Shown here piece after piece: positions 55,489-64,000 of a DNA stretch of 64,000 bases (positions are counted from its first letter, which is position 1; every line of letters starts with the position of its first letter). Source of the stretch: an uncultured Bacteriovorax sp. (GTDB lineage Bacteria; Bdellovibrionota; Bacteriovoracia; Bacteriovoracales; Bacteriovoracaceae); NCBI GenBank assembly GCA_964593545.1, contig CAZQJK010000009.1, positions 17,505 through 81,504 of the forward strand, written 5' to 3'. The translations under genes were made by a program, and so were the position numbers. The notes below the pieces were generated by a model. It was not told where the DNA came from, searched no databases, and saw only the letters and a program-made list of their open reading frames with translations.

Positions 55489-57294
55489 TTACATTGTATT
55501 TACTAATCCAGCTTTTTCTTGATTTATAATTCGAGGTGTAATAAAAATTACAAGCTCTTGTTTACTAGTCGAAGGATTATATGGCGATCTAAATAACCAA
55601 CCAACCAATGGAATATCTTTTAAAAAAGGTATCCCTGAATGATTTTCTCTCTGAGTATAATTATAAAGACCCCCGAGAACAATTGTCGATCCATTATCGA
55701 CTAAAACACTAGTATTAATTTTTCGAGTAGTTATATCTGGAGGTGCTCCAACTTGTGGTGTTGTTCCAAATTGCTCTTTAGATAATTCAATTTGTAGATC
55801 AATTGAGCCATCATTTGTTACTAGTGGTGTTACTGTTAAATCTAATGTTGCACTAATTGGTTCAAATGATGATGTTGCACTATCTCCAGTACCTTCAGTC
55901 TTAACATATGAAGTCTGCTCTTTCGAGATCAATTGAGCTTTCACGTTGTGCTTAGTTACAACTCTTGGAGAGGCAACAACCTTACCTTTAGATTCAGATT
56001 CTAATAGCTGCAATTTAAAGTCTAGGTTAAAGAGTCTTCCAAATCTTCCAATTGTTAACTCCATCGCATTAGTTACTCCAGTAGGAGCTGTGGAGAAACT
56101 AAAACCTGGTCCACCATTATTTGAAGCTCCCGATGCGGTTCCAACAATAGAGCGGCTCGATGAGCTTCTGCCTACTGGATCATAACCAAAGCCAACCCCT
56201 TGCTTAAGACCAATCTCTCTTGCGTAACTCTCAAAAACTTCTACAATTTTTGATTCAATTAAGACCTGAGGTGTTTGTGTATCTAAGAATTCTAAGACTT
56301 TTGACATTTTTTCGATATTAGATTGAGTATCTTTGACGATAACAGAGTTTGTCCTTTCATCTATCGAAAGGGCCCCTCGATCCTTAGTTAAGTAATCTTT
56401 AAAAATAGTAGAAACATCTTTAGCTTTAGAGTAACTAATTGGAAATATTTTTGTTACAAGTACTTCAGCTTTAACTTTAACATTTTGAGCAGCTTCTTTT
56501 GCGAGTCTCTCTTCTGTTGCTTTTGCTAAAGTTTTTATCGTTAGAATTGATCCATTTTTTTCGGCCACAAGATCATTTAGTTTAAGAACGGTATCAAGTA
56601 CTTGATCCCATGGGATCTTAACGAGATTTAGAGAAGCTTTTGGCAATGTCGTTACATCCTCAGATTGAATAATGTTAAATCCTGAGGCATCAGCGATCAT
56701 ATCAAGAATACTTGATACGGGAAGGTTTTTAACATTTAGAGTAATTTTCTTTCCGATATATTTCTTACGACCAGATAAGGTTAAATTTTCAAGGATATCC
56801 TCTAGACTCTCTGATTTAGGCACATTTACTCTTACCGCTTTTTCTTCTTGAATAGTTTTAGCGCTTAGATTTTCGCCTTGCTTGAGATCTCGCTGAGCAA
56901 ATACCCCAAAACGATTCTCAATTTGAAGAACAGCTCTTTTTCCATTAATTGCAATTTTAGATCTGACGTTATCACGAAGTTGTATCACAACACGTATTGC
57001 TTCATTATCGTCAGGCTTCCTGTATGCAGAAACAAAAACAACACTACCAGAAAACTCTGATGTATCAAAGGCTCGAAGGACCCTTTGTGAAGCTTCAACG
57101 CCTGTAATGTCGACGATAATCTGCTTATCATCAGTGACATGAAATTTTCTTACGTTCACATTTTCTTTGTCAAAAACAAAGTCAAGAAAACTAATTTCAT
57201 CTTTCTGTTGAAAATTGATGGCCACTATATTCGTTGCGAATGTTGAAAATGAAATAACACCCAAGAATATAAATAGAATAATTCCTTTAATCAT
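55489..57294 (-). CDS. pilQ: Type IVa pilus secretin PilQ
   Basis: AMIN, PWDQVLD, DERTNSVIV, QVLIESKIVE, PFLKDIPLVGWLF, LVIFITPRII. Confidence 0.95.
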   Translation of the reverse strand: MIKGIILFIFLGVISFSTFATNIVAINFQQKDEISFLDFVFDKENVNVRKFHVTDDKQIIVDITGVEASQRVLRAFDTSEFSGSVVFVSAYRKPDDNEAIRVVIQLRDNVRSKIAINGKRAVLQIENRFGVFAQRDLKQGENLSAKTIQEEKAVRVNVPKSESLEDILENLTLSGRKKYIGKKITLNVKNLPVSSILDMIADASGFNIIQSEDVTTLPKASLNLVKIPWDQVLDTVLKLNDLVAEKNGSILTIKTLAKATEERLAKEAAQNVKVKAEVLVTKIFPISYSKAKDVSTIFKDYLTKDRGALSIDERTNSVIVKDTQSNIEKMSKVLEFLDTQTPQVLIESKIVEVFESYAREIGLKQGVGFGYDPVGRSSSSRSIVGTASGASNNGGPGFSFSTAPTGVTNAMELTIGRFGRLFNLDFKLQLLESESKGKVVASPRVVTKHNVKAQLISKEQTSYVKTEGTGDSATSSFEPISATLDLTVTPLVTNDGSIDLQIELSKEQFGTTPQVGAPPDITTRKINTSVLVDNGSTIVLGGLYNYTQRENHSGIPFLKDIPLVGWLFRSPYNPSTSKQELVIFITPRIINQEKAGLVNTM

Positions 57295-57379
57295 AATTTA
57301 CTCTTCCATAAGTAAAATTGTTACTAATAATATAATAACACACTTTTTAATTTCACAAAGTTATATATAACTGAGATTT

Positions 57380-57805
57380 TTACTCTGATACAGGAATAAC
57401 TGTTTCCAGATACTCTTCTTCATCATAAACATTTAAGATTTTTTCGACGAGAACAATTCCACCAGGAAGGATCGCCTTTACTTCAATGGCGTCTGGACCA
57501 AGCTTCATTCCTTCTTTAATAATGAAAGGCTCAGGGTCTTGAGTATTAGTTGAGTCGACAGCTAATGCACGCCTTTCTTTCCCAAGGTACACTCCTGTGA
57601 CCTTCAAATTTTCAATAGGAATATTTTGCGGATTTATTCTATTTGAGAAATAAGTTTTTAACTCTTTTCTTTTTTGATCCTTATTACTCGAACGATAAAC
57701 ATTACGCTTAAATGGATCTCTGTAATTTTGAAGCCTTGATTTTATTACTGGGCTAATAGCAAGGGCATTAGTCGTCAAAAGCAACAATAGAATATTCTTT
57801 ATCAC
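57380..57805 (-). CDS. pilP: PilP
   Basis: YRDPF, LKVTGV, position in pilMNOPQ. Confidence 0.85.
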   Translation of the reverse strand: MIKNILLLLLTTNALAISPVIKSRLQNYRDPFKRNVYRSSNKDQKRKELKTYFSNRINPQNIPIENLKVTGVYLGKERRALAVDSTNTQDPEPFIIKEGMKLGPDAIEVKAILPGGIVLVEKILNVYDEEEYLETVIPVSE

Positions 57806-58455
57806 GATTTCCCCCTCTTTTTCTTATTTTGAGGTTTTGCCTTAGCTTTTTCTTCGAACTTTTTTTCAATCTCTTCAATACCACGACTTTCTCTATAAGC
57901 TGGATTATAGCGGTAACTTTCAATAATAGCTGATATCTTAATGATTTCGTAACGTCCTTTACTTTGAGAGCTATTTCTTTCGATTTTAATATTCTTAACA
58001 TTAAGAATTCTCTCTGAATCTGAAAGATTTTCTAATAAAAGAAGAAACTGTAAGTATGTACCTGTCGCTTCAATTTCGTAGCTCTTCGCATAGTAGAAAC
58101 CTTTATCAGTTTCCTCTGAAGGATTAACTCTAATATCTCTTATTTTTAACTTATCAGCTATACTTCTCAACTTACCGACTGTCTCTGAATCTGATAACTC
58201 TTGCGGTAACTTAGCCTGAAGCTTTTCAACTTGAAGGGCTACCTCTTCGACTTCTGCCTTCTTAATTTCGATATTCTTTAAAAAGTCATCAATTCTTTTT
58301 TTCTCGCGTTTGCTCTTTGCTAACTGTGCAGTTACAGAGCTTATCTGATTATTGATATTATCTTTTTCAACTTCAACTTCTTCATATCTCTCATAGAGCC
58401 CCCAGAGACTTAGAAAAACAATGATTAAATAGGATTTATTAATTATATTTATCAT
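57802..58455 (-). CDS. pilO: PilO
   Basis: TM plus coiled coil, KLP, GTYLQFLLLLENLS..ERIL. Confidence 0.88.
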   Translation of the reverse strand: MINIINKSYLIIVFLSLWGLYERYEEVEVEKDNINNQISSVTAQLAKSKREKKRIDDFLKNIEIKKAEVEEVALQVEKLQAKLPQELSDSETVGKLRSIADKLKIRDIRVNPSEETDKGFYYAKSYEIEATGTYLQFLLLLENLSDSERILNVKNIKIERNSSQSKGRYEIIKISAIIESYRYNPAYRESRGIEEIEKKFEEKAKAKPQNKKKRGKS

Positions 58456-59066
58456 TACTCTAGTACACCATATGATGTTACTTTACCCTCAAGGGTGTAA
58501 CTTTGAACTCGATACTGAGAAGAATTTATTGTTATTTCTTTTGTAACTGAGTTTCTAATGAGAATAGAACCGCCAAAGAACTCTAGTTCATTTGCTTTCG
58601 TTATAAACTCGCCAACACTACGGTAAGAGATTGCTCCCCCCTCAATTTTAACATCATTTTTTTGATTAATTTCAAAAGAGTCAAACCACATATCTTCTGG
58701 AATAATTTTAGTTATTGCAGAAACAATATTTTTGGGATTAGTTCTAAGATCAATAATCGTCTTTACCTGTTTCTCTCTATCTTTAAGCTTTTCAATCTGC
58801 TTACCAAATTCAAGTAACATATCGGCGAGACTTTTATTCTTATTTAAAAAAGATTTTATTCCTCGATTTTGACTATTTAACGTCTCAAGCTGATTTTTTA
58901 AAACTTCGAGATCGCCACCAATAGCAGGACGAACATAAGCATCAATTATTATCGTCAAAAGATATGCAATAACAATTGGCTTGATATTAACTTCGTTAAG
59001 ATCGACACCAAGAACAACTGGAAGCTTAAATGGTTTTCTCTTTTCGAGAAGGTTAATCTCAATCAT
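58455..59066 (-). CDS. pilN: PilN
   Basis: MIEINLL, IPEDMWF, position after pilM. Confidence 0.88.
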   Translation of the reverse strand: MIEINLLEKRKPFKLPVVLGVDLNEVNIKPIVIAYLLTIIIDAYVRPAIGGDLEVLKNQLETLNSQNRGIKSFLNKNKSLADMLLEFGKQIEKLKDREKQVKTIIDLRTNPKNIVSAITKIIPEDMWFDSFEINQKNDVKIEGGAISYRSVGEFITKANELEFFGGSILIRNSVTKEITINSSQYRVQSYTLEGKVTSYGVLE

Positions 59067-60172
59067 TACTTAACCTGCCTCATCCCCAAGCCTATTGCGA
59101 TACAGCCCGTGTATGCAATTTCACTCAACTCTTCTTCACTGAAGCTCTTGTCGACTTCCAAAACTCGAAAAGGATTTAAAATACTTACATCGATTCCAAG
59201 ACTTTCGGTAATCCCCTCAAGAATCCCAGGCAACTGCACCGAACCACCTGTCACATAGCAACCAATTAACGAATCATCTGATGTTGAAGTTACATAGAAT
59301 TCTATTACTTTTTTTATTTCACTAATAAATTTTGTTGAAAGGTCACGAATGATCGTACTTATCTCCTCAGGGAGATTTCCATTTTCATCAACGATAGTTT
59401 TTAAATCCTCAGCTTCTTGATAGTTTACTCCAAGCTGTCTTTGGATCTCCTCAGTGATCATCACTCCACCAATTTGTATCTCCTTAATAAACATAGGCAT
59501 CCCATCTTTATAAATAATACAAATTGTTTTCTGTGCACCTAAATCGAGAATTAACCATGAAGAATTCTCATTAGCCTGAATTTCATCTGCCATTGTAAAT
59601 TCGAAAATATTGCTTAGAGCGATAGCCGAGAGATCAACAATCTTAACCTTAGCACCAGCATCTTCAACAAGGCCCTTATATGTGAGCAACATATCTTGCC
59701 TGGCAGCTCCGACGACAACATCAACACCACCACCAGCATTTTCCCCGATAATGTACTGATCAATATTACTTTCATCAACCGGAAATGGAAGGTACTGTTC
59801 AGCTTCCCAAAGTACTTGATCTTCGATTTCTTCTTCTGATCCACCAGGAAGTTGAATTTTTCTAACAACTGAATTTGGACCAAATAGACCTAAGCATATC
59901 TGTTTATTCTTACCATCGATCTCTTCAAGACAATTAACAATAGTTTGCTTTAGTTCTTCTTCTTTCTGAATTTCATCTTCAATTAATGTAGCCTCAGGAA
60001 GAGGTAGTGCAACGTATCGAGTTAACTTGTAGCCATTGCCTGTAGGTATTACATTTGCCATTTTCACTTGGCTAAGTCCTATATCAAGTCCTAGAACTTG
60101 GGTATTCTTCACCCCGACTAATCCCTTGATTAGTTCGATAATTTCATCACCCTTTATTGAATTAAGACTCAA
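59066..60172 (-). CDS. pilM: PilM
   Basis: LGLDIG, EAEQYLPF, LDLGA, VTGGS, NPF, GLGMR. Confidence 0.93.
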   Translation of the reverse strand: MSLNSIKGDEIIELIKGLVGVKNTQVLGLDIGLSQVKMANVIPTGNGYKLTRYVALPLPEATLIEDEIQKEEELKQTIVNCLEEIDGKNKQICLGLFGPNSVVRKIQLPGGSEEEIEDQVLWEAEQYLPFPVDESNIDQYIIGENAGGGVDVVVGAARQDMLLTYKGLVEDAGAKVKIVDLSAIALSNIFEFTMADEIQANENSSWLILDLGAQKTICIIYKDGMPMFIKEIQIGGVMITEEIQRQLGVNYQEAEDLKTIVDENGNLPEEISTIIRDLSTKFISEIKKVIEFYVTSTSDDSLIGCYVTGGSVQLPGILEGITESLGIDVSILNPFRVLEVDKSFSEEELSEIAYTGCIAIGLGMRQVK

Positions 60173-60251
60173 TACCTTCTTCCTTGAACTTGATGCTTCT
60201 CATTATAGTATAACTTGCAACTTCTCCTTCTTTCAAGAAGTTATTACAATT

Positions 60252-61025
60252 TTAGAAAATTAATGAAACAAAACGATGAAAGAGCTCGGGAAAATAGATT
60301 TGAAAAATTGATATCACGATAATAAACGGTCCAAATGGGACGGCCGTCTTACGATCAATTATTTTAAACAAAATTAAAGGCAATCCTACTAATGAACCCA
60401 AAATACAACTAAAGAGAATGTTATGAATGATACCAATAGGCCCAAGATAAAGTCCTAGAACACCAAATAACTTTATATCTCCTCCACCTAGACCAACCTG
60501 ATTTCTCAAAAGGTAGAAAAGATACGTGACTCCAAGTGGAAATAAGAATCCTATAGCGCCGCCAATGAGCCAATGCGTGTAGTGATAACGAGTAACTGCT
60601 AGAACAAAGAAACATACTCCTAGATATATATTAATACCATCAGGAAGAATCTTGTGCTTTAAGTCGATAAAAAAGTGTACAAGCAGAGCGGAAAATATCG
60701 AAAAGTATAATAATGATGCTGCTATATAAGAATAGGAAAGAACCTTGGGAAATAAAAAATATGCTGCTGCTCCTGTTATTAATTCAACAATAGGATACCT
60801 AGGACTTATCGCAACCTTACAGTTACGACACTTTCCGAGCAAGAAGACGTAACTAATCACAGGGAGATTCTCATACCACTTAATTAATGTCTGGCACTTT
60901 GGGCATCGAGAACGATCAATAACAAAATTTTCACCAATGGGGATACGATGAATCAATACATTCAAAAAGGAACCTATTAATAAACCAAATATTGTCGCGA
61001 AGACTTTAAAAAATACGACTTCCAT
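60252..61025 (-). CDS. pilD: Prepilin peptidase PilD
   Basis: GSFLNV, RSRCPKC, GKCRNC, GGGDIKL, PFGPF. Confidence 0.95.
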   Translation of the reverse strand: MEVVFFKVFATIFGLLIGSFLNVLIHRIPIGENFVIDRSRCPKCQTLIKWYENLPVISYVFLLGKCRNCKVAISPRYPIVELITGAAAYFLFPKVLSYSYIAASLLYFSIFSALLVHFFIDLKHKILPDGINIYLGVCFFVLAVTRYHYTHWLIGGAIGFLFPLGVTYLFYLLRNQVGLGGGDIKLFGVLGLYLGPIGIIHNILFSCILGSLVGLPLILFKIIDRKTAVPFGPFIIVISIFQIYFPELFHRFVSLIF

Positions 61026-61792
61026 TAGTTTAATTCCTTTTTATTAAAGATCAAAATGCTTAAAAATATAAGAAATAGAATATAAAAGGTCGAATACAAA
61101 GTGGCATTAACGATAAGGTCACTGTTTGAAAAATTAGTAAGTATAATTTGATTTTTAACATTTATTTTATCAAGATTGGGAATAAAATATGTCGATAGCT
61201 TAAGCATACTTTCAAGCTCAGGACGATTTTTTATAAAATTTAGATTTAGTGAAGTTGGTATAGCATGTCCTAAGACAAATATTGCTAAAGTGTTTATGAT
61301 ACTAATAACTTTATTCGATATTAATGAAAAGTTAAGAACAACCATCAAAAGAATAATCGCCTCTAAAAGAGAAAATAAGATGCTCCATAGTATTGAGAAA
61401 TGAAATATTCCTCCAACTCCGACGTAACAAAGTAGTGCGACACTAGATATTAAAAATGTATTTAAAAAAAGAAAGATACTTGTTCCCAATATTTTCCCTA
61501 AAATAAATGCCATTCTTGATACGGGTCTTGAAAGTGTGATATAAGCTGTTCTATTTTCAATTTCATTTGAAAGTAAAGATGCACCAATAAATATTGCAAT
61601 GAAACTTGTTGCCAGAGAAGAAAGGGATAAACCAAAATCAAGAGCAACCTTACTAACGTTCCCATAAGAGAATTCAGACGTTACATATGTCAAAAGAAGA
61701 ACACCAAGAGATACCCATATAACATTTATCATTAGTTTACTACGTAGGGTATCTCTAAAAGAATACTTTGCAATTAGTAATATTTTATTCAT
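61025..61792 (-). CDS. pilI: ABC permease (PilI-like)
   Basis: Multi-TM, EIENRT...LSRPVSR..FILGK. Confidence 0.8.
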   Translation of the reverse strand: MNKILLIAKYSFRDTLRSKLMINVIWVSLGVLLLTYVTSEFSYGNVSKVALDFGLSLSSLATSFIAIFIGASLLSNEIENRTAYITLSRPVSRMAFILGKILGTSIFLFLNTFLISSVALLCYVGVGGIFHFSILWSILFSLLEAIILLMVVLNFSLISNKVISIINTLAIFVLGHAIPTSLNLNFIKNRPELESMLKLSTYFIPNLDKINVKNQIILTNFSNSDLIVNATLYSTFYILFLIFLSILIFNKKELN

Positions 61793-62706
61793 TTCTTATC
61801 TCTTAATTTATAAATAACTTCTTCAAGTGTTTTTCTTTCTCTTGTTAAAGATATCACTTCTCCACCAAACTCAACACAGTCCCTAAGGAAATTATTTTTT
61901 TGATCAATTGCGATCGAGAACCTCACTCCTTCAGCATTTCTCTGCTGAGCAAAAGATGAGTACTTTTCCTCAACACTTGTATTTGAGGCGACAGTAATTA
62001 AAAAGGAATCCTCGCTATTATCTGAAATAATTTTCTTTATTTCACCGGAAAATATTAGTTCACCTTGCTGTAGTACCACGACGTGACGACAAACTTCCTC
62101 AACGTCGGATACAATATGCGAACTAAAGAAAACTGTCACACCTCTTTTATTGAGTTCGACAAGAATATCCTTAAAGTCTTTTCGCCCAATTGGATCGAGT
62201 CCAGAGAGTGGCTCATCAAGAATTATTAATTCCGGATCATGTAATAATGCCGAAGAAAAACCAAGTCTTTGTAACATACCTTTTGAATACGATGATATTT
62301 TTCGATCTAAAGCATGGTCAATCTTTAGGATCTTAGTCCATTTCTTAATTTGCTCATCTAGTTTTTTAGCACTTAAGTTATTTAACTGACCACAATACTC
62401 AAGAAATTCAAGACCGCTGAGATTTCCATAATAATAAGGTCTCTCTGGCATATATCCGATTTTTTCAAATGGACTCTTAAGCTTCGAAAGACTTGAATCA
62501 AAAATTATTTCGCCTTGGGTGGGTGTAATAAAACCTAATATTATTTTTAAAAGAGTTGTCTTTCCCGCACCATTCGCCCCAAGAAAGCCAACAATGTCAC
62601 CTTTTTCAACTCTAAACGACACTCGATCTAATGCCGTAAAATCACTTTTCCAAAAATCTGGTTTAAATTTCTTTGAAATATTTCTAACTTCAAACACTCT
62701 TTCCAC
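61789..62706 (-). CDS. pilH: ABC ATP-binding protein (PilH-like)
   Basis: GANGAGKTT, YSKGMLQR, ILDEPLSGLDP. Confidence 0.88.
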   Translation of the reverse strand: MERVFEVRNISKKFKPDFWKSDFTALDRVSFRVEKGDIVGFLGANGAGKTTLLKIILGFITPTQGEIIFDSSLSKLKSPFEKIGYMPERPYYYGNLSGLEFLEYCGQLNNLSAKKLDEQIKKWTKILKIDHALDRKISSYSKGMLQRLGFSSALLHDPELIILDEPLSGLDPIGRKDFKDILVELNKRGVTVFFSSHIVSDVEEVCRHVVVLQQGELIFSGEIKKIISDNSEDSFLITVASNTSVEEKYSSFAQQRNAEGVRFSIAIDQKNNFLRDCVEFGGEVISLTRERKTLEEVIYKLRDKK

Positions 62707-62735
62707 CTTTATATTTTATATATATAATTATTAAC

Positions 62736-63551
62736 ATGATAAAACTAAAACACAATACAATCCAAATTATTTTGATCACAGCAATTGTTTTGTCTTTTAC
62801 CATATTCAACATTCTTAATAATTCTTTTTCAAGTGAAAGAAAAATTAGCGATGAGAAACCAATTACGATTGATGCTAATATTGTTCGTGCTCTCTCTCTC
62901 GGAAACCCTAAGCTTATTTCATCCTATTTATGGACATTAACAATGCTTCAGTCCGATATTGACCACACTAAAAAAGAAAGAAGCTGGATGTTTTATCGAT
63001 TCCAATCAATCTCTACTCTTGATCCTCTTTTCTTTGAAAATTATCTCTATGGTGGTCTCTATCTCTCAATTATTAAGGATGACTTAAGAGGAGCTGAAGA
63101 ACACTACCAGAGAGGTCTTGATTTTTTTCCAGACTCTATTGATCTTCTCTGGAATGCAGGATTTAACTTATGTTTTGAGCTAAAAGAATGTAATAAAGCT
63201 ATTCCTTATTTCCAAAAGCTCCTTTCTATCGACAAGGGCAAGCGATTTAAATACCTCTCTCAAATTCTCTCAAAAATTTTAGCCAATGAAAATAGTGATG
63301 AACTGGCCTACAACATATTACTTACTTCATATACTCAAATGCCTTCAGGTTCTGTAAAAGAGCGTATTCATAAAACTCTTTATTCCTTGAAGGCAAAAAT
63401 AGACCTTAAATGCTTAAATAGTCAAAATAGTAATATGTGTAATAAGTATGATTTCGAAGGAAATCTCTACTATAAACAAGACGGAATATTTAGAAGTAAA
63501 TTTGAAAATATTGATAAGTATTTAAAATTAAAAAATGGAAGAGAGAACTAG
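62736..63551 (+). CDS. PilG-like membrane-anchored TPR protein
   Basis: N-terminal TM; LDPLFFENY, GLDFFP...WNAGF TPR-like repeats; sits between pilin and pilH. Confidence 0.65.
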   Translation: MIKLKHNTIQIILITAIVLSFTIFNILNNSFSSERKISDEKPITIDANIVRALSLGNPKLISSYLWTLTMLQSDIDHTKKERSWMFYRFQSISTLDPLFFENYLYGGLYLSIIKDDLRGAEEHYQRGLDFFPDSIDLLWNAGFNLCFELKECNKAIPYFQKLLSIDKGKRFKYLSQILSKILANENSDELAYNILLTSYTQMPSGSVKERIHKTLYSLKAKIDLKCLNSQNSNMCNKYDFEGNLYYKQDGIFRSKFENIDKYLKLKNGREN

Positions 63552-63562
63552 TCTCTCTTCCA
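63529..63562 (-). terminator. Terminator after pilin, overlapping the pilG-like stop
   Basis: TGGAAGAGAGA-N5-TCTCTCTTCCA perfect 11-bp stem, T-run on the minus strand. Confidence 0.8.
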
Positions 63563-63573
63563 CTGATTATATC

Positions 63574-64000
63574 TTAGTAACCTACTTGTTCTGGAACGAG
63601 AGATTTGTCTTGATTAATTGACCATACATCATCTCCTGCAATCGTTGCTGCAGTATCTGCAGATATTGATCCCCTTGCGGCAGCTTGAAAGATATTTCCA
63701 ATTGCCGGAGGAAGAACGTTATCCCCTGCTTCGATAGCTGCAACTTTACGAGCCTTTGCTCCACGAGATGCATCATACTTGAAAGTACTTGCACATGTAC
63801 CACCATTACCCGTGATATTTCCATTCGCTGCACCAGCAGCTGAAAAACCAATCGCGTAATAATTTGTTCCTGTACCACCATTACCTGGATCAGAATATCC
63901 AATATCATTTAGACATGTTCCGAAACTATCAAAATCAGACATTGCTGCTGTTTCAGCAGTATAGAGAGAAGACAATTGAAGCTTCGCTTCAGACGTCTTT
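63574..64000 (-). CDS. Type IVa pilin, 5' end outside window
   Basis: Frame open to the edge: KTSEAKLQLSSLYTAE; two Cys; DVWSINQDK. Confidence 0.85.
   Translation of the reverse strand, partial: KTSEAKLQLSSLYTAETAAMSDFDSFGTCLNDIGYSDPGNGGTGTNYYAIGFSAAGAANGNITGNGGTCASTFKYDASRGAKARKVAAIEAGDNVLPPAIGNIFQAAARGSISADTAATIAGDDVWSINQDKSLVPEQVGY

Noticed and set aside
62697-63545. Possible inverted repeats at the ends of the pilG-like gene
   Set aside because: Only about 10 nt with an indel, explained by the pilH start codon region and the terminator stem
146-63908. Many 60-110 aa ORFs antisense to or nested in real genes (e.g. 146-331, 3792-4016, 11539-11868, 17554-18342, 21648-22145, 63582-63908)
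   Set aside because: Shadow or off-frame ORFs without SD, motifs or plausible composition
1-64000. CRISPR arrays, IS elements, integrases, prophage genes, tRNA/rRNA
   Set aside because: No periodic repeats, transposase/integrase motifs or cloverleaf/rRNA signatures found by eye; ncRNA scans were not run

Overview
AT-rich bacterial chromosomal window, most likely from a predatory Bdellovibrionota (Bacteriovorax/Halobacteriovorax-like). This is inferred from gene content: a hit-locus-like Tad/Flp cluster ending in a YD/RHS gene, short flagellins, a TIGR04552-type gene and a pilG/H/I/D/M/N/O/P/Q block. Left to right: three small secreted peptide genes around a glycosyltransferase and an aldehyde dehydrogenase; a signal-peptide YD/RHS protein; a Tad/Flp pilus operon with a TadZ-TadA fusion; a 6S-like ncRNA; a MarR-TolC-adaptor-RND cassette; two flagellins; housekeeping genes (greA, recG, pgpA, recA, recX, rpoZ, lon, rplM, rpsI, efp, aroQ); a half-degenerate UvrA paralogue; tamB/tamA; and a type IVa pilus cluster running off the right edge in a pilin. 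No CRISPR array, tRNA, rRNA, transposase or prophage was recognised. Best novelty candidates: (1) a toxin-less YD shell whose C-terminus repeats its mature N-terminus (AGVNL), next to three small secreted peptides, two with sigma54 promoters and one downstream of the sigma28-driven RHS gene; (2) an RND cassette lacking the canonical proton-relay residues, with a hairpin-less adaptor, bracketed by an 18-bp direct repeat; (3) a UvrA paralogue with one whole composite ATPase site erased. All family calls come from motif recognition by eye; no database searches were run.
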